A stretch of 64,000 nucleotides of DNA. Source: Candidatus Obscuribacteraceae bacterium. Lineage in GTDB: Bacteria; Cyanobacteriota; Vampirovibrionia; Obscuribacterales; Obscuribacteraceae. The notes under the pieces are model-generated. The model was not told where the DNA came from. It saw only the letters and a list, made by a program, of their open reading frames with translations, and did no database searches. Numbering within the stretch: the stretch's first letter is position 1; each line of letters begins with the position of its first letter. The stretch is taken from assembly GCA_044229845.1 (NCBI GenBank), contig JBGASG010000006.1, positions 1 to 64,000 of the forward strand, given 5' to 3'. A program made the translations under genes and the position numbers. Shown piece by piece: positions 52,993 to 61,579 of the stretch.

Positions 52993-54498
52993 CTAGTCGT
53001 CTTCGTCGTCTTCAGCCAGATTATGCTTGGCTAACACATCTTCGACCGATTGCTCGGAGACGCGCACTTCAGCCAGCACACCCACGGCCTCGGGTATGGT
53101 CAATTTCCATTGCGACACGAGCGTGTAGCAAAGCACCGCCGCGTCCAGGTGTTTCTTGTTGATTACGCCCAGAACACGCGCCAGGCGCACAGTAGTTTCA
53201 GCATCTTTAAAAGCCGACTTCACACCCTCGAGCATCACATCTCGGTTGCCGAAACCGCTCATTTCCAAAAGCGACAACATCGACAGGTCTTCGTTGTTTT
53301 CGAGGTGGAAGTCCTCAGGGTCGGTGAGAACCTGCACATACGCAGGTTTGCGAGAAGAGATAATCGGCGGTCTGTCCGTCGATCGCTTGCGCCGCGACGA
53401 ACGACTGCCACCGCCCACCGAACCATAGGTTCCGGAGATGGCACCGTACGAGCCTGTTTCGTCACTGGATTCGCTGTCGCTTAAAGCCTTGAGTTTTTGC
53501 GAGTCGGTCGGCTTGGTCTTGCCCACTTCGGCGGTCGGCTTGGATGCAGAAATCGGCTTGGCATACTTGCCGCCCGCCGCCGCCCCGTGACCGGCGGGTT
53601 CGGAGACTGCTTTGTGCTTGCCGGTCTCCGAAATCGCCTTGTGCTTGTTGCCGGTCTCGGATGTAATTGACTTGTGCTGCCCCGTGGCCGCCGCCGGATG
53701 CTCGCCGGAGATTACCAGCTGCGGGTACGTGCCGGTCGCATCCTTTTTGGAAGAAGAAGAGCCAACCTTCTTTTTGCCGCCCGAGTCTTTGCTACTGGAG
53801 TAGTCACGGTTGGAAGCGGTGGAAGCCACGCGCGAGCCGCCACTGGGCGGAGCGACCGTCCCGGGAGCAGACCCCTGCTCGCCCAGGGTGAGCAGCTCCG
53901 TGTTGTTCTTGGAATCATTGGCGTGTGCCCAGTAGTCGAACTGCGTGCGAATCTCGGCCACCGCATCAATATGATTTATTCGCCCGGCGCGCAGCCTCTC
54001 CTGAGCATCAAGAATGCCCGGCAACAGCTGAGCGGACAGCATCCCCTGCAAAACCAACATGCTTCCAAGCGGAATGCCGCTGCCGAAGCTGGCCGCCAGA
54101 GCCTCTTCCACCTGCTCGGGCGTAACGATATCCGAGTCGACCAGCAAAAGCCCCAGCTTGCTGCGGGAAAAATCAGTGGTCGGCTTGCAATCCACCGCTT
54201 CCATCGCCGCATCCAGCGAACACTGGTGCGTGTGGACGTGATTTAGAACCTCATGCGCCTGCTCCATGGTCAGCTTGTTTTCCTTGAGCATCTCCTGCAC
54301 TTGCAAAGCTGCCGTCAAAAGCAGCTCGGTGAGCACACCGGACATGACAAGCACTCGCCCAATCGGCAAGTTCATGCGCTTGGAAATCTGGATCGACTCG
54401 ACCACGTCGCCGCGCGTCACAATACCGGCTTCCGTCAGCAAATCGCCGATGCGAACGTGTTCTTCTACGTCGTGCGGTTGAGGTCCTGGCTGTTGCAT
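52993..54498 (-). CDS. Stand-alone MshEN-repeat protein (putative c-di-GMP receptor)
   Basis: RIGDLLTEAGIVT...LPIGRVLVMSGVLT and KLGLLLVDSDIVT...IPLGSMLVLQGML; long Ser/Gly/Lys-rich linker; no ATPase domain. Confidence 0.75.
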   Translation of the reverse strand: MQQPGPQPHDVEEHVRIGDLLTEAGIVTRGDVVESIQISKRMNLPIGRVLVMSGVLTELLLTAALQVQEMLKENKLTMEQAHEVLNHVHTHQCSLDAAMEAVDCKPTTDFSRSKLGLLLVDSDIVTPEQVEEALAASFGSGIPLGSMLVLQGMLSAQLLPGILDAQERLRAGRINHIDAVAEIRTQFDYWAHANDSKNNTELLTLGEQGSAPGTVAPPSGGSRVASTASNRDYSSSKDSGGKKKVGSSSSKKDATGTYPQLVISGEHPAAATGQHKSITSETGNKHKAISETGKHKAVSEPAGHGAAAGGKYAKPISASKPTAEVGKTKPTDSQKLKALSDSESSDETGSYGAISGTYGSVGGGSRSSRRKRSTDRPPIISSRKPAYVQVLTDPEDFHLENNEDLSMLSLLEMSGFGNRDVMLEGVKSAFKDAETTVRLARVLGVINKKHLDAAVLCYTLVSQWKLTIPEAVGVLAEVRVSEQSVEDVLAKHNLAEDDEDD

Positions 54499-54764
54499 GG
54501 TTGTAGTTGGGATCCCTGGAACTTTAGGCTAACCCGGCTAATGAAAAACCGAGCCCTGCCCAACGCTGCTTTCATCAGGATCATATTGTCCAGGATTGGG
54601 ATCCGGCTTGGAAGCACCTGTAGCCAATTGCCTGATCGCCAGTAAGGCCCAAGCCGCCAAGCCCAGCAAAAACATGCCGCCGATAAAGGCAAAGAATATA
54701 AGGTCACCTGTCATTGGAAAGAAAACTCTCGCTGACTGCCTGACGTAGAAGCGTGCTTAGCGCG

Positions 54765-54806
54765 TTGACAAGGATATCAAATTCTATGCCCAATATTGAT
54801 ATCCTT
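54765..54806. promoter_or_regulatory. Inverted repeat with adjacent TTGACA upstream of the SPFH cluster
   Basis: AAGGATATCAA (54770-54780), 15 nt, TTGATATCCTT (54796-54806). Confidence 0.55.
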
Positions 54807-54872
54807 TAGAGCTTATATGTACTAACACAAATACTTATAGCCGCTTGTAACGATAGCGCGCAGGAGCGACTG

Positions 54873-55862
54873 ATGTTCGATATTTTCAAAAAGCAGTTTA
54901 TCGATGTTATCGAATGGACCGAAGAGGACAATGGCGTTCTTGCTTATCGCTATCCGGTCGAAGACAAGGAAATTCAAAGTGGTGCCGTGCTCACCGTTCG
55001 CGATTCGCAAATGGCGGTCTTCGTCAATGAAGGCAACATCGCCGATGTGTTCTCACCCGGCCGTTACACATTGACGACACAAACGCTGCCCATTCTCACC
55101 ACTTTGATGAACTGGGATAAAGCATTCAAGTCGCCCTTTAAGTCCGACGTTTATTTCTTCTCGACGCGCGAACAAATAGATCAGCGCTGGGGAACCCAAC
55201 AACCGATTAACGTGCGCGACAAAGAGTTCGGGGTCATTCGACTGCGCGCCTTCGGCACCTTCTCTTATCAAATCGAAGAGCCGGGCACCTTCTATCAAAA
55301 AATCAGCGGCACCAAACAGGTCTACACCGCCGGTGAACTCGATGGACAGTTGCGTTCCATAGTAATCACCGCCATCGCTACCAAGTTCGGCAAAGCCGAA
55401 ACAGCATTTTTGGATCTGGCTGCCAACCAAACGCTCCTCTCTGACGAGCTGAAAAAAGAACTTGATCCACAATTCTTCGTGTACGGTTTGAAACTGAACA
55501 CCTTCCTCGTGCAAAGCATCACGTTGCCGGAGGAATTACAGACCTACCTCGACAAACAATCGCAAGCAGCACTGGTCGGCGACCTGAAAAAGTACGCCAA
55601 CTTCCAAGCTGCCGACAGCATCAAGGATGCCGCCATGAACTCCGGCGGCATGGCCGGAGCCGGTATCGGACTGGGTGCCGGAGCGGTAATCGGTCAACAG
55701 TTTGCGCAAGGCATGGCCGGCGCAACTGGTGGCGCTGCCGGTGCCCCGCAGGAAGATCCGTTCGTGCAGCTCGAGAAGCTCGGCAACCTTCTGCAGAAGG
55801 GCATCATCACACAGGAAGAGTTCGATGCCAAGAAAGCGGAGATCATGAAGCGCATCGGCTAG
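54873..55862 (+). CDS. SPFH/Band 7 domain protein (YdjI-like) with C-terminal SHOCT domain
   Basis: QFIDVIEW, LTVRDSQ.AVFV.EG, SPFKSDVYF, WGT..P, LRAFG; LEKL..L...GIITQEEFDAKK. Confidence 0.9.
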   Translation: MFDIFKKQFIDVIEWTEEDNGVLAYRYPVEDKEIQSGAVLTVRDSQMAVFVNEGNIADVFSPGRYTLTTQTLPILTTLMNWDKAFKSPFKSDVYFFSTREQIDQRWGTQQPINVRDKEFGVIRLRAFGTFSYQIEEPGTFYQKISGTKQVYTAGELDGQLRSIVITAIATKFGKAETAFLDLAANQTLLSDELKKELDPQFFVYGLKLNTFLVQSITLPEELQTYLDKQSQAALVGDLKKYANFQAADSIKDAAMNSGGMAGAGIGLGAGAVIGQQFAQGMAGATGGAAGAPQEDPFVQLEKLGNLLQKGIITQEEFDAKKAEIMKRIG

Positions 55863-55887
55863 AAGTGAGAACTGAAGGCTAGTAGCA

Positions 55888-56520
55888 ATGATCACCCTCA
55901 ACTGTCCCTCGTGCGGGGCGCAGGTAGAATTCAAATCTAAGGCGTCAGTCTTTGCGGTCTGCAGTTTCTGCAGATCGACATTGGTGCGCCAGGATATGGA
56001 TTTAGAAAAAATAGGCGAGATGGCCGACCTGCAGGATGACCTGACACCGTTGCAGATAGGCACCAGCGGCCAGTTCGACGGTAAGTCGTTCGAACTGGTC
56101 GGGCGGCTGCAAGTCTCCTACGACGATGGATACTGGAACGAGTGGTACGTGCTGTTCAATGATTCCGAAACCGGCTGGTTGGCCGAGGCGCAGGGGTTCT
56201 ACGCGCTCTGCAAGCCGTTTGCCATGAACGAAATTCCGGCGCGCTCCGACGTCTATCCAGGCTTGCACGTCAAGTTCGGCGAGAGCGTGTTGAGATGCGA
56301 GGACATCCGCGACGTCCGCTGCGCATTCAGCGAAGGCGAATTACCTATGAACGCGATGCGCGGACGCAAATCGACGAGCGTTGATTTCGCCGGGAGCTTC
56401 GAGAGCATGGCGACCATTGAGTATGCCGAACAAGAAACCCGCGTCTTCCGCGGGCAGTACAGAGAATTTGACGATCTGAAGTTTCGCAACCTGAGGTATA
56501 TCGATGGCTGGAAACTCTGA
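55888..56520 (+). CDS. Zinc-ribbon + DUF4178 protein (short)
   Basis: CPSC...CSFC; PLQIGT.G.F.G..F...GR.Q..Y..G.WNEW; GWLAEAQG; EGELP. Confidence 0.85.
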   Translation: MITLNCPSCGAQVEFKSKASVFAVCSFCRSTLVRQDMDLEKIGEMADLQDDLTPLQIGTSGQFDGKSFELVGRLQVSYDDGYWNEWYVLFNDSETGWLAEAQGFYALCKPFAMNEIPARSDVYPGLHVKFGESVLRCEDIRDVRCAFSEGELPMNAMRGRKSTSVDFAGSFESMATIEYAEQETRVFRGQYREFDDLKFRNLRYIDGWKL

Positions 56521-58093
56521 TCTGCCAGGCGGCAACGATGCCGGCGGCGCAGATCCGCCAGAGAAGAAACGCAAGCCGCCGCCGCTCCCCGGTGAGAAAC
56601 CGAAGCGCAAGCCGCCACCGCTCCCCGGCGCCGGCAACGTTCCGGACGATGACGCGGATGATGACGATGATGACGCGGATGAAGCGGACGACAAACCGCA
56701 TCGCTCACCGCCTCCTCTGCCTAACGCGGTAGCAGCCGCAGCAGCTGCAGCGCCGCCCTCCACCGAAGAATTGGAAGAACGCGCTGCGGAGAGAGAGAAG
56801 AAGAAACAAGGACCGCGCGCCAAAAATTTCTCTTGCACCAATTGCGGTGCCTCGGTGACGATTCGCAATCCGGGACAGACATTCTCCGTCGCCTGCGAAA
56901 GCTGCCATTCGATTTTAGATGCCACATCAGAAAGCTACCGCATTCTGACCCGGTTTTACGAAAAAGCCAAACGCGATCCGCGCATCCCCCTGGGCACACG
57001 CGGCAAACTGCAGGGACGCGAGTGGGAAGTGATCGGCTTCATTGTCCGTCGCGACGTTCAATGGGGTGTGCAGTGGGAAGAGTATCTTCTCTTCAATCCA
57101 TATTATGGATACCGCTGGCTTCTGGAAAATCAAGGACACTGGAACATCACCCGGTCGGTCAAAGACAGACCGGAAGCCGGAGCAGGCTCCGGAGTAAATT
57201 ACCACGCCCAGAACTACAAACTCTTCTATATAGGAAAGGCCGAAATCGACTACGTCCTGGGCGAATTTTACTGGAAGATCAAGAGCGGCGATGCAGTAGA
57301 TATGAAGGATTACATCTGCCCGCCGTACATGCTGTCCGTGGAAACCGACAGCAACGAAGAGAACTGGGCTCTCTCCGAATATCTGCAACCATCTGTGGTG
57401 CGCAAGGCATTCGACCTGGACAAGATGCCCTATCAGAAGGGTATCGGACCTAATCAACCGGTAGCAGTAACTGAAACATGGCGGGGCATTCGCCTGCCAT
57501 GGCTGGGTTTCTTGCTCCTGCTGTTCTTCATTCAGTTCGCTTACTGCGTATCGACTCGCACTGAAGAGTTGATGAAACAGGACTTTCTCTACGTTCCCAA
57601 CCAGAAAAGCAAAGAGAACGACCCCGTCCTCAACAGCTACACAACACGCACATTTGACATTCCGGAAAACCGGAATGTCGTCCTCGACTTCGATGCCGGA
57701 GTCGATAACAGCTGGTTCTATTACGCCGGCGAACTGGTTAACGACAAGACCGACGAAACCTTCCCGATCGAAAATACTATCGAGTACTACCACGGCTATG
57801 ACAGCGACGGATCTTGGAGCGAAGGCAGCACATCCGCTATGCAAACCTTATGGAAAGTACCGCCTGGTCCCTACTACATAAATCTCGACTGGGAAAGCGG
57901 TCCCGGCACCGTCGATGGTTCGTTCCACGTCAAAGTCAAAAAGGATGAGCCGGGCTGGCTTAACTACTGGCTGGCCGTGATCCTGGTTTCGATTGTGCCA
58001 ATCTGGACTTGGCTGAGCTCGCGAGGCTCTGAAGTGCAGCGCTGGAGCGACAGCGACTTCACGCCCTACAAATCATCATCGGGAGACGACTAG
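56504..58093 (+). CDS. Zinc-ribbon + DUF4178 membrane protein (long)
   Basis: CTNC...CESC; W.EYLLFNP..GYRWL.E..GHW; GEFYW; two TM helices; YYHGYD.DGSWSEG; E..RW..SD. Confidence 0.85.
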   Translation: MAGNSDLPGGNDAGGADPPEKKRKPPPLPGEKPKRKPPPLPGAGNVPDDDADDDDDDADEADDKPHRSPPPLPNAVAAAAAAAPPSTEELEERAAEREKKKQGPRAKNFSCTNCGASVTIRNPGQTFSVACESCHSILDATSESYRILTRFYEKAKRDPRIPLGTRGKLQGREWEVIGFIVRRDVQWGVQWEEYLLFNPYYGYRWLLENQGHWNITRSVKDRPEAGAGSGVNYHAQNYKLFYIGKAEIDYVLGEFYWKIKSGDAVDMKDYICPPYMLSVETDSNEENWALSEYLQPSVVRKAFDLDKMPYQKGIGPNQPVAVTETWRGIRLPWLGFLLLLFFIQFAYCVSTRTEELMKQDFLYVPNQKSKENDPVLNSYTTRTFDIPENRNVVLDFDAGVDNSWFYYAGELVNDKTDETFPIENTIEYYHGYDSDGSWSEGSTSAMQTLWKVPPGPYYINLDWESGPGTVDGSFHVKVKKDEPGWLNYWLAVILVSIVPIWTWLSSRGSEVQRWSDSDFTPYKSSSGDD

Positions 58094-58096
58094 AGC

Positions 58097-58228
58097 ATGG
58101 GAAAAAACATGTACATCGCGTCCAGCCTATTCGTTTGTCTGATGCTTGCGGTGGCATGTGCCACCGGATTTCAGATTGGCGCCGATGCCACCAAGCCACA
58201 AAAGCCGACCGGACCCCATCACAAGTAA
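58097..58228 (+). CDS. 43-aa membrane microprotein (not in the ORF track)
   Basis: Manual translation MGKNMYIASSLFVCLMLAVACATGFQIGADATKPQKPTGPHHK*; starts 3 nt after the upstream stop. Confidence 0.75.
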   Translation: MGKNMYIASSLFVCLMLAVACATGFQIGADATKPQKPTGPHHK

Positions 58229-58303
58229 ACCCGAAACACCTGAGACAAAACCAAGACACCAGACTAAGACGAACAAGAACAAACAAGAGCAAAGGAGGAA
58301 CAC

Positions 58304-58522
58304 GTGCAAGAATTATTTTCACTGAAGGCATTCATAGCCGTGATTACATACGCCGTGGTAGGCAACGTCATTCTGGCGTTGACGCTGGTAGTCATGGATA
58401 AACTGACTCCAGGCGATATGTGGAAGGAAATTATTACCGAGAAAAACCTGCCCTTCGCCATCACAGTTGCAGCCGCCGCTATCGCCGTCGGCAACATAGT
58501 CGCGGCAGCCGTGCACGGTTAA
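58304..58522 (+). CDS. DUF350 family small membrane protein
   Basis: GGAGG RBS and GTG start; Y...G....DKLTP..WKEI...KN...AI....IVAAAVHG. Confidence 0.88.
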   Translation: MQELFSLKAFIAVITYAVVGNVILALTLVVMDKLTPGDMWKEIITEKNLPFAITVAAAAIAVGNIVAAAVHG

Positions 58523-58537
58523 ACGACGGTCAACCTC

Positions 58538-61500
58538 GTGACGTACGCTCTTCTGATTACTGCCTTTGTCATCTCCACCTGCGGTCTGGTCTACGAACTG
58601 ATCGCCGGCACCGCGGCCAGCTACTTGCTGGGCGACTCAGTGACGCAGTTTTCGACGGTAATCGGCGTCTATCTGTTCGCCATGGGCGTCGGTTCGTTTC
58701 TCTCCAAATACGTCGAGAAAAATTTGATTCTCGTCTTCGTTCAAGTCGAAATGCTGATCGGATTGGTGGGCGGTTGCTCTGCTGCCATCCTCTTCCTCAT
58801 GTTCAACCATGTCGAGCATTTCCGCGTACTGCTCTACAGCCTGGTCTCGATCATCGGCATCTTGATCGGACTGGAGATTCCGCTCCTCATGCGCATCCTC
58901 AAGGATCGCCTCGACTTCAAAGATCTGGTCTCGCAAGTCTTCACTTTCGACTACGTGGGCGCGCTGCTGGCATCGCTGGCGTTCCCGCTCGTGCTCGTTC
59001 CCCAACTCGGTTTGTTGCGCTCAGCGTTTTTGTTCGGATTGTTCAACATTGTGGTGGCACTGTGGACCTTGCACTTATTCAAGAGCGAATTGCCCTGGGT
59101 GCGCAGTCTGCAAGTAATCAGCGTCGTGCTGCTGGTCGGACTGGTGGGCGGCTTCGCCTCATCCGACAACCTGACGACACTGGCAGAAGTTGCGCAGTAC
59201 CAGGAGCCCGTCATTTACTCCGCCTCCACGCCGTACCAGCGCATCGTTATTACCGGCGGCGGCAAAGAACTGAAGCTGTTTCTCAACGGCAACCTGCAGT
59301 TCAATTCCCGTGATGAATATAGATATCACGAAGCTCTGGTTCACCCTGCGATGGCGGCTCTCACCAGCCCGAAGCAAGTGCTCGTACTGGGCGGCGGCGA
59401 CGGCATGGCAGTGCGAGAGTTGTTGAAATACCCATCGGTGGAAAAGATCACTCTCGTCGATCTCGACTCGGCAATGACCGATTTGTTCAAGCAGCAAGAG
59501 TTTCTCACGCGCTTGAACAAGAACTCGTTGAACAATGCCAAGGTCGAAGTGATCAACTCGGATGCTTTCATCTGGCTTAAGAAATGCGGGCAGAAGTTCG
59601 ACTGCATCATCGTCGACTTCCCAGATCCGAGCAACTTCTCGCTGGGCAAACTGTACAGCGACACGTTCTATAGAGCACTGAAGAACGTGGTTTCACCGAC
59701 CGGCGTCATCGTTATCCAGAGCACCTCGCCTTACTACGCCAAGAACTCCTACTGGTGCGTGGTCAATACGCTGAATTCGATCGGCTTCCACACCATGCCC
59801 TATCATGCGTACGTGCCGTCATTCGGCGACTGGGGTTATGTGATTGCAGCACCACAGGATTTCCGCTTCGGCGACAACTATCCGTCCGGGCTGCAATACG
59901 TCTCACCCGACGTGGTGGCACAGATGACGTCTTTCCCGGCAGACATGCACCCCACCGTGCAAGCAGTCAATAAACTGAACGCGGCTGCGGGAGGCGGCAC
60001 CAAACTGTACTTGGACAGCCTTGCATCTGCCGCCGACAATGTTCCGTGCCGCCTGCTTGGACCATCCATGTCCGCAGGACACATGATTCGCAATCGCGTT
60101 TTTGCCAACGTCGCACAACCCAAAGTTTCTTCCCAATCCCGCATTGTCATTGTCGGCGGTGGCATCGCCGGACTTTCCGCTGCCTGGTGGTTGAAGAAAC
60201 ATGGCGTCAACGACTTCGTTCTGCTTGAATTGGAGAAACAAGTCGGCGGCAATTCCACCTCGGGAAGAAACAAAATCAGCGCCTATCCGTGGGCAGCCCA
60301 CTACGTACCGATTGCCAATCCGGAATCGGAATATGTGCGAACGCTGTTTGCAGAACTGGGCATCATCGAAGGTTTCGACGCCCACAACGAACCTTTGTAT
60401 AACGAACTGCACCTCTGCCACGACCCGCAAGAGCGCTTGCTTAAGTGCGGCGCATTCAATGAAGGATTGGTACCGCGCAAGGGATTGCAGGCGGAAGACC
60501 GCGCGCAGATCGACCGTTTCTTCAAGCTGATTGCCCAGCTTCGCAAAGAGAAGGGCGGCGACGGCAAACCAGTGTTCGCGATACCACTCGATCTCAGCTC
60601 AGCCGATGAGAAATTTCGCGCGCTCGACAAGATCTCTATGAGCGAGTGGATGCAAAAGGAAGGCTTCACATCGCGCCCGCTTGTCTGGTATGTAAATTAC
60701 TGCTGCAAAGACGACTACGGTTCCTTAGCCAACAACGTTTCTGCATGGGCGGGACTTCACTACTTCGCGGGACGGCGCGGCACCGCCGCTAATGCCGACA
60801 TGAATGCGCTGGTCACCTGGCCGGAGGGCAACGGCTATCTCGTCAATGCCTTGCGCGAGAGATTGAAGGATCACCTGCAACAAGAATCGCCGGTGCACAA
60901 GATCAAATCGACTGACGACGGACTGGTGCTCTCATACGTGAATGGCGCGCAGGAGCAGAAAGCCATCGCTGCGGAATATGTAGTGTTCGCCGCGCCGAGA
61001 TTCATCTCCAAATATGTGATTGCCGATCAGTCCACGACTCTCGGCGCGAATGATCTGAGCGACCTGGCATATGCACCGTGGCTGGTGGCGAATATCAGTT
61101 TGACGAACGTGCCGGAAGGCAACGGATTGGATACTGCCTGGGACAATGTCAGCTACGCGAGCGACTCGCTCGGATACGTGGTGGCGACGCACCAGAACAT
61201 CACCACACGCCGCGGTGCCACCGTCATCACTTACTACCAACCCCTCTCGGACATGGATCCGGTGACGGCGCGGAAAGAACTGCTGGCGGCGCAACCAGAT
61301 AAGTGGCGAGCGCGCATTCTCGCCGACCTCGAGAGGATGCACCCGGGGATCAGTCGGGATGTGACGGCCATTGAGTTATGGCCGTGGGGACACGGAATGA
61401 TTCGTCCGTCAGTCGGTTATATCTGGGGCGAAACGCGGCAACGCATGAAGCAAAGACAGGGCAACATATTCTTCGCGCACTCGGATATGAGCGGCATATC

Positions 61501-61579
61501 CAATTTCGAAGAAGCCCAGTATCAGGGAGTCACGGCGGCGCAAGGGATATTGCATACTCTGGGGCGCGCCGAAACATGA
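58538..61579 (+). CDS. In-frame fusion: membrane-bound polyamine aminopropyltransferase (SpeE-like) + FAD-dependent amine oxidase-like domain
   Basis: Residues 1-481: TM domain (CGLVYEL, GLEIP, DY.GAL) and YHEALVHP, LVLGGGDG, DFPDP; remainder: IVGGGIAGLSAAW, LELE..VGG, WAAHY, CKDDYG, WDNV, WGH.M, HSD.SG.S.FEEA. Confidence 0.9.
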   Translation: MTYALLITAFVISTCGLVYELIAGTAASYLLGDSVTQFSTVIGVYLFAMGVGSFLSKYVEKNLILVFVQVEMLIGLVGGCSAAILFLMFNHVEHFRVLLYSLVSIIGILIGLEIPLLMRILKDRLDFKDLVSQVFTFDYVGALLASLAFPLVLVPQLGLLRSAFLFGLFNIVVALWTLHLFKSELPWVRSLQVISVVLLVGLVGGFASSDNLTTLAEVAQYQEPVIYSASTPYQRIVITGGGKELKLFLNGNLQFNSRDEYRYHEALVHPAMAALTSPKQVLVLGGGDGMAVRELLKYPSVEKITLVDLDSAMTDLFKQQEFLTRLNKNSLNNAKVEVINSDAFIWLKKCGQKFDCIIVDFPDPSNFSLGKLYSDTFYRALKNVVSPTGVIVIQSTSPYYAKNSYWCVVNTLNSIGFHTMPYHAYVPSFGDWGYVIAAPQDFRFGDNYPSGLQYVSPDVVAQMTSFPADMHPTVQAVNKLNAAAGGGTKLYLDSLASAADNVPCRLLGPSMSAGHMIRNRVFANVAQPKVSSQSRIVIVGGGIAGLSAAWWLKKHGVNDFVLLELEKQVGGNSTSGRNKISAYPWAAHYVPIANPESEYVRTLFAELGIIEGFDAHNEPLYNELHLCHDPQERLLKCGAFNEGLVPRKGLQAEDRAQIDRFFKLIAQLRKEKGGDGKPVFAIPLDLSSADEKFRALDKISMSEWMQKEGFTSRPLVWYVNYCCKDDYGSLANNVSAWAGLHYFAGRRGTAANADMNALVTWPEGNGYLVNALRERLKDHLQQESPVHKIKSTDDGLVLSYVNGAQEQKAIAAEYVVFAAPRFISKYVIADQSTTLGANDLSDLAYAPWLVANISLTNVPEGNGLDTAWDNVSYASDSLGYVVATHQNITTRRGATVITYYQPLSDMDPVTARKELLAAQPDKWRARILADLERMHPGISRDVTAIELWPWGHGMIRPSVGYIWGETRQRMKQRQGNIFFAHSDMSGISNFEEAQYQGVTAAQGILHTLGRAET

